A DNA stretch of 64,000 nt from Candidatus Hydrogenedentota bacterium (lineage in GTDB: Bacteria > Hydrogenedentota > Hydrogenedentia > Hydrogenedentales > SLHB01), in assembly GCA_045863295.1 (NCBI GenBank), contig BTWA01000013.1, positions 86,350 to 150,349 of the forward strand, read 5' to 3'. Positions within the stretch are counted from its first letter, which is position 1. Every line of letters starts with the position of its first letter. The position numbers and the translations under genes were made by a program. Under the pieces are notes generated by a model. The model was given only the letters and a program-made list of their open reading frames with translations, did no database searches and had not been told where the DNA came from. Shown here in pieces: positions 10,076-20,009 of the stretch.

Positions 10076-11515
10076 ATGAGCGCGAACATCCACCAGCGCT
10101 ATTCCGAACGGCTGCGCCGCTACACCACCGCGATGCACAATCAGAAACCCGATCGCGTACCGCTGCGGCCTTTCGTCGCTGAATTTGCCGCCAAGTACGC
10201 AGGGTTCACCTGCCAGCAAGCGACGCACGATTTCGAGGGCGCACTGGCGGCAACACGAAAATGCGCGGCCGATTTCGATTGGGACGCGACGGTCGGCAAC
10301 ATGATTTACGTGTGGACCGGGCTGACCGAGGCAATCGGCCTCACGTACTACGGCGCGCCCGGGATCCACGTGCCCGCGGATGTCGGATTTCAGTATCGAG
10401 AGCCCGAGGAAGACAACGCGCATATGCGCGCCGACGAGTATGACGCCCTGATTGCCGACCCTTCAGGGTTTCTCTTCAATACGTGGTTGCCGCGCGTATC
10501 GAAGGATGTCGCGCCTATTGGTACGCCATCGACGTACCGCAATAATCTCGCGCTGGTCAAAGGCGGCATGGCCATGCTGCACTACTTCACAGCGCTCGGC
10601 GCCCAGAACGAGCGGCTAAAGAACGAGTGCGGGACCGTGTCCGCGATTGGCGGCATTCTGAAAGCGCCACTGGATATTCTTGGTGACAAACTGCGCGGGT
10701 ACTATGGTCTCGCCCACGATCTCATCGAACAGCCGGCAAAGGTGCTGGCCGCGTGCCGGGCGTTGATGCCACACCTGATGCACGTCGCACTTACCAGCGC
10801 CGATCCCGATAGGATTGTGCCCATCACGATCTGGATGCACCGTGGGTGCGTGCCCTTTGTGACGCCGCACACATTCGAGACGATATATTGGCCCACACTG
10901 CGGCCCATCGTGGAGACGCTGTGGGCGCACGGGCATCAGGTACTTTTCTACGCCGAGGGCAATTGGGATGCTCACCTGGATACATTCACGGAATTACCCG
11001 AACGCAGCATCATTTTTCATATCGACCGCAGCGACTACCGCAAGGCCCACAAGGCACTGCATCACAAATTTGCGCTAAGCGGCGGTGTGCCAAACACGGT
11101 TCTTGCGTTGGGTACGCCGCAGGAAGTGCGTGATGGGTGCAAACGGCTTATCGACGAAATCGGCGCCGATGGCGGTTACATCATGGATGCGAGCGCAATC
11201 GTGCAGAACGACGCGACGGTAGAAAACATGCGCGCGTTGACAGACTTCACGCAAGAGTACGGCGTGTATCGCAATGGGCCCAGCGTGGAATCGTTGCCTG
11301 CGCCGTTCGCCAAGCCGCGCGATGAAGATGCGATACGGCGGTGGGCCAAGGAGTTCCCTGACTCGAACCCAACGCCGGGCGTTTGCGTACCCTGGGAGGT
11401 CAAGCAGCGTGAATTCGACCACGTGATCGGCGACACATCGCTGGTGAAGCGCATTTGGAACGACATCGAAGGCTTCGCCTACACCTTCATCTGGCATTGT
11501 CTGGTGTCGTTCTAA
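10076..11515 (+). CDS. Uroporphyrinogen decarboxylase / methylcobamide methyltransferase superfamily protein
   Basis: N-terminal KPDRVP, FETIYWP, and C-terminal LGTPQEVRDGCKRLIDEIGADGGYIM...ENMRAL typical of URO-D-like TIM barrels. Confidence 0.8.
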   Translation: MSANIHQRYSERLRRYTTAMHNQKPDRVPLRPFVAEFAAKYAGFTCQQATHDFEGALAATRKCAADFDWDATVGNMIYVWTGLTEAIGLTYYGAPGIHVPADVGFQYREPEEDNAHMRADEYDALIADPSGFLFNTWLPRVSKDVAPIGTPSTYRNNLALVKGGMAMLHYFTALGAQNERLKNECGTVSAIGGILKAPLDILGDKLRGYYGLAHDLIEQPAKVLAACRALMPHLMHVALTSADPDRIVPITIWMHRGCVPFVTPHTFETIYWPTLRPIVETLWAHGHQVLFYAEGNWDAHLDTFTELPERSIIFHIDRSDYRKAHKALHHKFALSGGVPNTVLALGTPQEVRDGCKRLIDEIGADGGYIMDASAIVQNDATVENMRALTDFTQEYGVYRNGPSVESLPAPFAKPRDEDAIRRWAKEFPDSNPTPGVCVPWEVKQREFDHVIGDTSLVKRIWNDIEGFAYTFIWHCLVSF

Positions 11516-11623
11516 TCACCGTTGCGGCGCTGAGGTAAAGTGGGAAGTCTAAATCAGAGGTAGTCGCATTCCAGCGCTTTGGGGTATTGACTCTGCCTCC
11601 GGCGTGGCTGTCGAGGAAATGAA

Positions 11624-12517
11624 TCAGGGCTTGAACGCTTCCAGCACCGGTTTGGCAATCCAGATGGATGGAGGCGTGATTCCCAGCACATAGGCCACCG
11701 TGGCGGCCGTGTCATACGTGTTCACCGGTTCTACCAACTCCTTGCCCTGCGCCACGCCCGGGCCGCGAATAATCCATGGAATGAGAATTTCCTCCATGGT
11801 CGCTCCTCCATGGCCCTTGCCCTTGCCTCCATGGTCCGACGTTATGATTAGTATCGTGTCGTTGAGAATGGCAGCCTTCTGCAGGCTCTGCACGACGAGG
11901 CCGACGTATTCATCGGCCTCCCGAACGGCGGCAAAATAGGGTTCCGTATGCCAGCCTTGATCATGGCCCGCGTGATCAACGTGATCCAGATGGATAAACG
12001 TGAATAACGGTTTGCGGGATTCGATGTAGTCGCACGCTTCCTTCGTTGTCGATTTCGGCCCAACGGGATTCGACACATGAGTCGCTGTGTTCTTCTCGAA
12101 AAGCCGGCCAAACCCGGCCCAGTCGTGAAAGCATGCGATGTCCGCCTCGGCGTGCGCTTGCCTGATGACTGAAAACAGCGTGGGGAAAATTCCGCCGGGA
12201 CCCTTCGCGATCGGGGTAATTTCAAATATGTCCGGTTGCCAGTCGTTGGACGTTACGCCATGTTGTTCGGGTCCGGCTCCCATAATCATGGATGCCCAAT
12301 TGGAACTGCTGCTGGTGGGCATTACCGCGCGAGCGGCGAATGTCCACGAACCTTGCCGCATGAGCAGGTCCATGTTCGGTGTTTCCGCTTCGGCGATCCC
12401 TTTTGGGCTCAGCCCGTCAATGCCCACTATCACCACATGGCGCACCGGAGAGTCGCCCAAGGCGATGGGTGTCGACAAAGCGATTCCGGCGATAAACAGG
12501 ACCAACCGTCGAAGCAT
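11624..12517 (-). CDS. Exported alkaline-phosphatase-superfamily protein (nucleotide pyrophosphatase/phosphodiesterase-like)
   Basis: Signal peptide; metal-ligand motifs IDGL, PTSSSSNW, DHAGH, SDHG. Confidence 0.85.
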   Translation of the reverse strand: MLRRLVLFIAGIALSTPIALGDSPVRHVVIVGIDGLSPKGIAEAETPNMDLLMRQGSWTFAARAVMPTSSSSNWASMIMGAGPEQHGVTSNDWQPDIFEITPIAKGPGGIFPTLFSVIRQAHAEADIACFHDWAGFGRLFEKNTATHVSNPVGPKSTTKEACDYIESRKPLFTFIHLDHVDHAGHDQGWHTEPYFAAVREADEYVGLVVQSLQKAAILNDTILIITSDHGGKGKGHGGATMEEILIPWIIRGPGVAQGKELVEPVNTYDTAATVAYVLGITPPSIWIAKPVLEAFKP

Positions 12518-12746
12518 TCCATGCCCTCCTTCCAACGCGAAATATCAGCATATCACACGATCGTTAGCTCTGGATTTGTGTGGCGCGTGATGTGGCCACG
12601 TGGAAATAATCATGCAAAGGAGGGGCTGATCCAACGGTCGGGCAGCCAGGGGGCGATCACTTCAGCAACGGTGGCGCCTCCCAATCGCACTGAATCCTTC
12701 GCCTTTCCCGGATTGGACCTGCCAGCGAACGCGCGGCGATACGGCC

Positions 12747-13664
12747 TTACTCGAACATCGCGTTTAGAATCGCGTGCCCCGCGGTTGCCGGAAACTTATT
12801 GCCCTGCCGGACAAAAGCAACGTGGCCATCCATGTAGAGCGTGTTGCATCCGCCGGGCACATGGTTGTATCCGACGCCTCCGCTCACGTTGATGCTGATT
12901 TTGTCCCACATGATCGGCAAGTCACTTTGGGCGGTATTGCCGGAGGCGGGCGCATTGATGTTTGTCAGGAAGAATCGCTCGATACCTTCCTTCAGCCGCC
13001 GCACCACATCGGTTCCTCCGTTTCCATACCCCAAGCCGCCAAACCCCACACTGGCGAGGTTGGCATCGTTTTCAAGCACGGTATCATCCGCGGGATTCAA
13101 ATTGAACGTAACGGCGCCCAGAATAAACGACAGCCCGACCATTTGTGCCGGACCGGGTATCGGCGTAGTCAGTTGCGGATCCGTCTCGTCCACGTTGTCC
13201 AACGCATAGCCCAAATAGTTGTAGCTCTGATCGCCATAGGTAATGACGCCCACATACTGGCACGTATTTGAACCGTTGTCGGCCACCTTCAACAAATCGT
13301 TGTCGGATCCCGTGTCCTTGTCCGAGGGGCACAGGAGCACATCGGGATCCGTCAAGTATTCCGGATACACCGACACCATCCGTGGACCGAACGCAGGTTG
13401 ATCCTGAAGCGAATCCGGCGCACATCCCATGGCGTTGGCCGCAGGGCCAAAAGGTTGGTCTCCGTGTATCCTCGGAAAGAGCCCATTGCTTTCATTGGAA
13501 TACATCTTGAACACGAGACCAAGCTGCTTCAGATTGTTTTGGCAAGAAGCCCGTCGAGCAGCTTCGCGTGCCCGGGCAAGGGCTGGTAACAATATTGCGG
13601 CGAGAATTCCGATAATGGCGATAACCACCAACAATTCAATCAACGTAAATCCGTGCTTCTTCAT
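12747..13664 (-). CDS. Prepilin-type N-terminal cleavage/methylation protein (DUF1559-like, H-X9-DG motif)
   Basis: [48 protein letters not shown]-terminal [16 protein letters not shown]. Start reassigned to ATG 13664. Confidence 0.9.
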   Translation of the reverse strand: MKKHGFTLIELLVVIAIIGILAAILLPALARAREAARRASCQNNLKQLGLVFKMYSNESNGLFPRIHGDQPFGPAANAMGCAPDSLQDQPAFGPRMVSVYPEYLTDPDVLLCPSDKDTGSDNDLLKVADNGSNTCQYVGVITYGDQSYNYLGYALDNVDETDPQLTTPIPGPAQMVGLSFILGAVTFNLNPADDTVLENDANLASVGFGGLGYGNGGTDVVRRLKEGIERFFLTNINAPASGNTAQSDLPIMWDKISINVSGGVGYNHVPGGCNTLYMDGHVAFVRQGNKFPATAGHAILNAMFE

Positions 13665-13705
13665 TACTGCCTTTCCAATGATCGCACACACTTCAACGTG
13701 AACGC

Positions 13706-14176
13706 TTATTTGCTCTCGCTGCCGTCTGGCTGAATCCTCGCCAGTTTCCGCCAGAGTGTATTTCTGCCGATACCCAACAGTCGCGCTGCCTTGGCGCGGT
13801 TGTTGCGGCAATGCCGCAACGTGTTCAAAATGTGCTCGGCTTCCACATCCTCCAACGTGCGAGGCGTGAAGCCCATGGCACTCTCTTGCCCCTGGGCGGC
13901 GCGTTGCACCATGATCTGCAACTCTCCCGGAATCAGCGGGAGGTTTACATATCCATACACACCCTGCCGCATTGCGCTGATTGCTTCGCGGACATGCTCT
14001 GCCGCCGCGAGCACCACCGTCGGCGCTTCCGCCGCACAAGACAGGGCGCGGGTGATGTCGTCCGCCACAATAACATCCGGCTGTTCGTGGACAATTTCGT
14101 GTCCCTCGCGTTTCAACAACTCGCGAATGGTAAGCCGGTTTGCCGGGTCATCCACTGTTATGCGCACGCGTACCAT
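13706..14176 (-). CDS. Degenerate receiver domain + Fis-type HTH regulator
   Basis: REC-like N-terminus; C-terminal [13 protein letters not shown]...[20 protein letters not shown] (HTH_8); no AAA+ domain. Confidence 0.8.
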   Translation of the reverse strand: MVRVRITVDDPANRLTIRELLKREGHEIVHEQPDVIVADDITRALSCAAEAPTVVLAAAEHVREAISAMRQGVYGYVNLPLIPGELQIMVQRAAQGQESAMGFTPRTLEDVEAEHILNTLRHCRNNRAKAARLLGIGRNTLWRKLARIQPDGSESK

Positions 14177-14411
14177 GAACCGCCTGCATGTGCCGAGCCC
14201 AATCGGCCTTTACGGGTGATGACGTTGCCTTCCCCTCCAGCCTACAACGCAAACTCGAAAATTTCCACCCCAAACCCACATCCGGGCCTCCATTACCCTC
14301 GAAGGCGTTGTGCAGACCCCTTGCCGTGTGCAACAATTTGCAGGGCCAGCCAGTCTGGAAATGAGTCGTGGATTCACTAGACGCGCCGTGCGCATTCGGG
14401 GATTAGGCGTA

Positions 14412-15212
14412 ATGACCGATTATTCTCCCTCTCAGGGGCCCGGTAACTCGCACCACGCCCACATCGAAGTGGATGCGGTGTGCGAGGTCTGCGAGACGGT
14501 AAATCCCCAGGACACGCTCCTGTGTAAGTCCTGTGGCAACAACCTTCGCGACCAGCGGATGCGTCGGCTGCACATCGAAGCCGTGGTCATGCAGGAGGAG
14601 CGCATTCAACCCCGCAAGTTGTTGCGGGGCTTACTGGTTGCCCTTGGGTTGTTGACCATGGTTTGGGCCGCCGTCAATTTTGTCACTGGCGATGTAGATA
14701 AATGGATGACACAACAGGTTGCGGCCAGTGGATCCACGTCTACCGCTGCTGACCCCATGGAATTCTGGCAGGGGACCGAAGGCGCGGCATTTGATGCCCT
14801 GATCCAGGAAGTCCGTTCGGTGCAACTTACCGAAGCCGACTTGCGCTCGCTGAGCGCCGTTCCCATTTCCATGGAATCGCTGCCGGGATTTTATGTGTTG
14901 AAGTCGCGGTCGGGCGATGCAGCACCCATCGTTGGGCAAGCTATTGTCCAGCAGGATGGCGACGGATTCCGGTTTGCCGCCATCATTTCCGGTCAGGCGG
15001 AAGCCCGGGGATATGCCAAAACGCTGGGCGCCGCTTCACTCAAAGCCTCGTTCATTGGAGTACAAGTCCGCAGCGAGTCTATCGACGCCTATGGGGCCGC
15101 GACGCTCACTCCGCAGGGTCTCATCGAATGCCAGGGGTTCCCATCGTCTGTGGATCCTACGAGTCCTGAGGCGCGCCCTTACACCATTTACGCCTTCAAA
15201 TTGCCGCGGTAA
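14412..15212 (+). CDS. Zinc-ribbon membrane protein, hypothetical
   Basis: CEVC...CKSCG zinc ribbon followed by one TM helix and an extracytoplasmic domain; start inferred at ATG 14412. Confidence 0.65.
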   Translation: MTDYSPSQGPGNSHHAHIEVDAVCEVCETVNPQDTLLCKSCGNNLRDQRMRRLHIEAVVMQEERIQPRKLLRGLLVALGLLTMVWAAVNFVTGDVDKWMTQQVAASGSTSTAADPMEFWQGTEGAAFDALIQEVRSVQLTEADLRSLSAVPISMESLPGFYVLKSRSGDAAPIVGQAIVQQDGDGFRFAAIISGQAEARGYAKTLGAASLKASFIGVQVRSESIDAYGAATLTPQGLIECQGFPSSVDPTSPEARPYTIYAFKLPR

Positions 15213-15228
15213 GACCGGACGGCGCGGA

Positions 15229-15693
15229 ATGACGACGACACGTACATACCGATCCGCCGGCGGCGTAGTCATGGATGCGGCCGGTCGGGTTTTGTTGCTG
15301 GTTCGCGACGTGGTTCGCGACGGCTGTAAGGTGCACGAAATACGGCTGCCCAAAGGCCATATTGACCCAGGCGAAACCGAAGAGCAGGCTGCCTTACGCG
15401 AAACCTGCGAAGAATCGGGCTTTTGCGATTTGGATGTAGTCGCCGATCTCGGCGAGGATCGCAGCGAATACGATTTCAATGGCAGGCACTATATCCGGGA
15501 CGAGCGATACTTCCTCATGCGCCTTCGATCGGCAATCCAGCAGGCCCCGCAGGCCCATCCCGGATCCGAGGAGGCGCTCTTTCATGTGGAATGGGCGCAC
15601 GACTTGAATCAGGCGGCGGTGCTTCTTACGTATCCGAGCGAACAGGAGTTCGCCGTACGCGCGCGACAGTGGATTGACATGAACCTCGCTTAA
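15229..15693 (+). CDS. NUDIX hydrolase
   Basis: SAGGVV, and Nudix box LPKGHIDPGETEEQAALRETCEESG; start at ATG 15229. Confidence 0.88.
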   Translation: MTTTRTYRSAGGVVMDAAGRVLLLVRDVVRDGCKVHEIRLPKGHIDPGETEEQAALRETCEESGFCDLDVVADLGEDRSEYDFNGRHYIRDERYFLMRLRSAIQQAPQAHPGSEEALFHVEWAHDLNQAAVLLTYPSEQEFAVRARQWIDMNLA

Positions 15694-15700
15694 CACAAAA

Positions 15701-16804
15701 CTACGGAATAGCTTCCTCCGGAAGCCGCTTGCGCAGCACCACGCGGTCTGCCGTCACTTGGTACCCGTAATCAGCCAATAACCACTGCCGAACGATCAAA
15801 TCCAACGCGGTGCGTACCCGGACATGGTGAAATACGGCCGGATTAATCGGAAATGCGGCCAATTCAGGCTCGGCAACAACGGTAATCCCCAATTGTCTGG
15901 ATAAAGGCGCCAACACCTTGTCCAGCGTCGTCGGGTCGGGCAACATTTCGATTGGTTCGTCTTTCTTCGGTGGTACTGGAAGATACACGTGCACGATACG
16001 ATTGAGGTTCGCTTCCTGCTGGGCATCCGGAGGAACAGCGTTCAGCATCGAAGACGCGGGATTCCGGTTTTCCGGGTTGAACAGAAAGATGTATTCCCCG
16101 GTACTTTCGACGCGCACCTCGTTTACGCGGGCCGAGCGCAGAATCGCCTCCAGGGCGGCATCCAGCGGCACCTGGTTCAAGGTGAGTTCGCCGCATTCCG
16201 CCTGACCGACCGCGTTGTCTGCAATGACCGTAATACCGAGAGCCTCGCTTATCCATTGAAACACGTTGAATAAATACAACCCTGAACCGAACGAAAAATC
16301 GGCCCGTACGTCGGAATACGAAGGGTCCAACGTGCCTACCACCACGGTCTCCAACAGCGGCTCATATCCCGGAGGGTACAGAAACGTATAATGCGGTCCT
16401 GTATACGCGGCAGAACCCGATACCGTAGTCAAGTGCTGGACCACGGCCTCTAGTGGACTCTTCGTGAACCGTGCTTCGCCGATCTCGATATCTTCAATTC
16501 CATTCATTATGACGAGGTTGGCTGTTGAAACCTCCGCCACCCGGCGCAACGTTTTCTGCAACGTTCCAATGCCCTGAGAAAAAGTAATGGTGTCTGGTTT
16601 CTTTTCAGACTTGGGGTCCGGTGTAAAGACCGAGGCGGGATCCGTTACTGGCGGTACGAAGATCTTTTCCTCTACTGGTGTCTCAGAAGCCGGCTCACGT
16701 TGATCCTTTGTCGCGCAACCGGCTGAAATCAAGGTGGTTACAACCAAAAAGCAATATATTGCGCCAGTGCAATTGTGCCGAATAATCGCGAATTCGTGCG
16801 TCAT
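15701..16804 (-). CDS. Hypothetical lipoprotein with repeated STN/secretin-N-like domains
   Basis: Hydrophobic stretch ending ISAGC; repeated pattern LGITV(I/V)A(D/E)...V(P/R)(L/V)xxALxxI(L/V)R. Confidence 0.6.
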   Translation of the reverse strand: MTHEFAIIRHNCTGAIYCFLVVTTLISAGCATKDQREPASETPVEEKIFVPPVTDPASVFTPDPKSEKKPDTITFSQGIGTLQKTLRRVAEVSTANLVIMNGIEDIEIGEARFTKSPLEAVVQHLTTVSGSAAYTGPHYTFLYPPGYEPLLETVVVGTLDPSYSDVRADFSFGSGLYLFNVFQWISEALGITVIADNAVGQAECGELTLNQVPLDAALEAILRSARVNEVRVESTGEYIFLFNPENRNPASSMLNAVPPDAQQEANLNRIVHVYLPVPPKKDEPIEMLPDPTTLDKVLAPLSRQLGITVVAEPELAAFPINPAVFHHVRVRTALDLIVRQWLLADYGYQVTADRVVLRKRLPEEAIP

Positions 16805-16857
16805 TGAACAATTCCCCTACCGCCTCAATCCCCTCTGCACCGCGAATAGTTGCTCAT

Positions 16858-17472
16858 CTACAGAGTGCCCGGCGCGGATCCGTGGAAAAAGCGATCCACT
16901 GGATGCCGACGACACCTGGGGCACATGAGCGATCCGTCCGGCGTGCGATTGCGCGTCGCATCCTGGGCGCAACGCAGACACGCAAGACTCCCGCAAAACG
17001 GGCACTTGAGCCCGTAGTCCGCCCGCAAGTCCGGCGCCTCCTGAATCCGCCCGTCGTACGTGCCCGGCGCCCAGGGGGGCGTCCGCAGGGGTTTACGGCA
17101 TTCCAGACATACAGCCGACTGTTGTTCCGGGGCCGCCAGATTCACCCCAATCCATTCCGGAGGCCGCTTGTCCGTCGCGAAACAATGAATGGCCTGGCAG
17201 TGCGGACAAAAGACTTCCGCGAGTTTCCGGCCTGCGGTTTCGGGAATAGACCGCACCACCAGACCGACTTCAACTCCGGACATCGGCTTGAGATCAGTCT
17301 TGTGGATTATCATGCTGCGGCGGCACAGCGTGCAGGGCATTTCGAGCAATGCCCCGCCGGGGGCCTCCGGTCCGCGCACGGCACGCCAATCGCGATAGGT
17401 GAGGCCAAGCACGATCGCCGTGCCAACCCCGGCAACGACCGACGGCAACGCCCACACGGGCAGATCTGACAT
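16858..17472 (-). CDS. Membrane-anchored multi-zinc-finger hypothetical protein
   Basis: GGAGG RBS before ATG 17472; N-terminal TM; six CxxC motifs. Confidence 0.7.
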   Translation of the reverse strand: MSDLPVWALPSVVAGVGTAIVLGLTYRDWRAVRGPEAPGGALLEMPCTLCRRSMIIHKTDLKPMSGVEVGLVVRSIPETAGRKLAEVFCPHCQAIHCFATDKRPPEWIGVNLAAPEQQSAVCLECRKPLRTPPWAPGTYDGRIQEAPDLRADYGLKCPFCGSLACLRCAQDATRNRTPDGSLMCPRCRRHPVDRFFHGSAPGTL

Positions 17473-17572
17473 TGGACCTCCATCGCCAGTATGGCTGTAC
17501 ATCGAGCGGGCACACGATCCGGCAATACGCAGGTGCTTGTCAAGGGTATGGTCCAATCGTATACTGGCGATC

Positions 17573-18160
17573 ATGATTACAGTCACAATGCTCGTAGCAC
17601 ACACGATTGTCGCCCAGGTGGCGATGCAACCCCCGCCCATGCCGACGCTGGAAGGCCCCACATACTTTCTGGAGCTGAATGACGGACGGTCCTTCTACGC
17701 ATACGAAATCAAGGGTTCGGGCGGGGCCTCCTCGCTGTTTCGCTATCAGCAGGATGACCCATGGCCCACGTACGCGAATACCGTGAATCTGCGCAAGTCG
17801 GATTTCACTTCCTATCCACCCAAGGAGGAGCGCAAGACCGAGCGTGAACGGCGATGGGCAAAGCGGTATGAGGAGGGTGGATACAAGAAGACACTCGTAA
17901 ACTCCGGCGAAGTGTGGCTAACCGGAGCCGAAGTGACGTTGGCGGATCGCGCTCGGGACATGGCCAAAGCCGTGGAAACCCGGATGACCGAGGCCGGCGC
18001 ACCCTCGGACCCCGCAGCCGGTGACCCGGGGGCTCCCTTGGTCAGCAGTGAGAAGCCGTCGTTCTTAAAGCAATGGGGCGGACATTTGGCCGTGGCGTTG
18101 GGGTCGATCTTTTTAATGGGGCTGGTGATCAAGTTTTTTGTATTGACCGAAGCCGACTAA
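17573..18160 (+). CDS. Hypothetical exported protein with C-terminal TM anchor
   Basis: Hydrophobic N-terminus, C-terminal TM (HLAVALGSIFLMGLVIKFFVL); fills the gap between neighbours; start uncertain. Confidence 0.55.
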   Translation: MITVTMLVAHTIVAQVAMQPPPMPTLEGPTYFLELNDGRSFYAYEIKGSGGASSLFRYQQDDPWPTYANTVNLRKSDFTSYPPKEERKTERERRWAKRYEEGGYKKTLVNSGEVWLTGAEVTLADRARDMAKAVETRMTEAGAPSDPAAGDPGAPLVSSEKPSFLKQWGGHLAVALGSIFLMGLVIKFFVLTEAD

Positions 18161-19893
18161 GCCAGTCCTTCCAGCTGGAATACTTTGACTTCTGCTGCTT
18201 TTCCTTTGAGCATCATCGCTCCCATTTCCGCGGCCACAATCGCATCTTTCACGATAGAATACGTTCGCTCGCCAATCAGGATTTGTCCGGCTTCCGCTTT
18301 GGAGCACAGGCGCGAAGCCGTGTTCACGCTATCGCCGACCACCGTAAACTCAAGGCGCTCCGGCGAACCCATCAAACCCGCATTGACCTCGCCGGTATCG
18401 ATGCCAATGCCCATTTCGATGACCGGCCGGCCTTCCTGAGCCCGGATAATGTTCAATTCCCGGTTACGCTCCATCATCTCCAACGCCGTGCGGACTGCCC
18501 TCAATGGATCGTCGGGCCGTTCGAACGGAGAACCGAACACGGCCATGACCGCGTCTCCGATATACTTGTCCAATGTGCCTTCGTACCGGAAAATGATGTC
18601 GGTTGACGCCGTGAAATGTTCATTGAGCATTGCGATGAGTTGTTCGGGCGTCAGCGTTTCCGTAATCGACGTAAAGCCGCGAATGTCCGTGAACATCGTA
18701 GTGACCACGCGTTTCCGCCCGCCCAGTTCCAAGCTGGCGTGTTCGGTCATCACTGCTTCCACGATGGACGGCGAAAGGAACCGGCCCAGGTTTGCCCGCG
18801 TTTTTTCGGCCTCCACCATGCGTTCGTACAACCGTACGTTTTCGATGGCCATGGAGGATTGCGCGGCAAACGATGCAAACAATTCCAGATCTTCTTCCGT
18901 GAACGTGTGGGTTGGATTCCGGCTGTCCACATAAATCGATCCGAACACGCGTTCTTCAATTTTTAACGGAACGGCCATCGCACTGCGTATTTGCTGCATG
19001 ATGATGCTTTCGCGGCCGGAAAACCGATCGTCGCTTTCCCGATCGCGCATCAACACGGGTTCCCCGTCCAGAATGGCCCGGCCCGCGATGCCCATGCTCG
19101 GTCCCGCCGCCTTCAGATCCTGGCCCATCTTGCGCGCCACATGCACCCGTACTTCCTCCGTGCCCTCGTCGCGCAACATCAAGAAGCCCCGTTCCGCGTC
19201 CATGACTTCGATGGCCGTATCGAGCACCGCGGCGAGACGTTTGGGTAAGTCGAAATCGGAGGCGATCAATTTCGTGGCGCGGTACAACGCCTCCAGGCGG
19301 CGGTACGCCTTGCTCATCTTGAGCAAATCGTCCTGCGAGAATCCCGAATCCGCCGAACGGCCTACCGGCTGCGGCGTCTGCCCCATTTTTCCAATCAGCG
19401 TCATGCTATTGCCCACGCGCTCCAGGTCTTCCCGGATGCGATCGAGGTCTTGCACAACCGTGCCATGGATTTGCGAGGAATCGAGATGAACAGCGGGAGC
19501 CTGCGGCGCCGCGGCTTTGCGCTTTACAATATCGGTAGGCCGCGCGACCAGCGGCTTGGCAAGATCGGAGATTCTATCCACCGCAACCGCGCCAGGAGCG
19601 ACCGGTTCTGCGGAGAAAAATGCGCGGCACTTGCTGCCGAACCAAATCTCGTCTTTATCGGCGAGCACCCGTTCCACAATGCGTTGCCGGTTGACATACG
19701 TGCCATTCAGACTGTTCAAATCCACCAACACGAACTGCTCGCCCCGCATGGCGAGCTTGGCGTGATGGCGCGACACTTCATCCGCGACCAGAACGACGTC
19801 ATTGTCGTCCGCGCGGCCGAGATGAACGGGTTTCTCCGCCACCTTGACCGTGATGGGAGCAACCCCCGGCTGTTCGAGCACAATTTGAGCCAT
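18157..19893 (-). CDS. FHA-GAF-class III adenylate cyclase
   Basis: FHA motifs GR, SRHHA, SLNGTYVN; GAF; cyclase motifs FTDIRGF, KYIGDA, FTVVGDSVNTASRL (Lys/Thr indicate ATP specificity). Confidence 0.9.
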   Translation of the reverse strand: MAQIVLEQPGVAPITVKVAEKPVHLGRADDNDVVLVADEVSRHHAKLAMRGEQFVLVDLNSLNGTYVNRQRIVERVLADKDEIWFGSKCRAFFSAEPVAPGAVAVDRISDLAKPLVARPTDIVKRKAAAPQAPAVHLDSSQIHGTVVQDLDRIREDLERVGNSMTLIGKMGQTPQPVGRSADSGFSQDDLLKMSKAYRRLEALYRATKLIASDFDLPKRLAAVLDTAIEVMDAERGFLMLRDEGTEEVRVHVARKMGQDLKAAGPSMGIAGRAILDGEPVLMRDRESDDRFSGRESIIMQQIRSAMAVPLKIEERVFGSIYVDSRNPTHTFTEEDLELFASFAAQSSMAIENVRLYERMVEAEKTRANLGRFLSPSIVEAVMTEHASLELGGRKRVVTTMFTDIRGFTSITETLTPEQLIAMLNEHFTASTDIIFRYEGTLDKYIGDAVMAVFGSPFERPDDPLRAVRTALEMMERNRELNIIRAQEGRPVIEMGIGIDTGEVNAGLMGSPERLEFTVVGDSVNTASRLCSKAEAGQILIGERTYSIVKDAIVAAEMGAMMLKGKAAEVKVFQLEGLA

Positions 19894-20009
19894 ATCTAAA
19901 ACATACCCGCCACCTGCCGTTTTACAACACGACGCCCCAGGGAATTCGCCGCGATCTTAACAAGGCCTTTGTGGCCCGTCAATGGCAGAGAGGTGGCGCA
20001 TTTTCGGGG

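Noticed and set aside
13665..14039. 125-aa N-terminal extension of the first DUF1559 ORF
   Set aside because: Overlaps the regulator gene in another frame; the prepilin motif must lie near the N-terminus, so the start is ATG 13664
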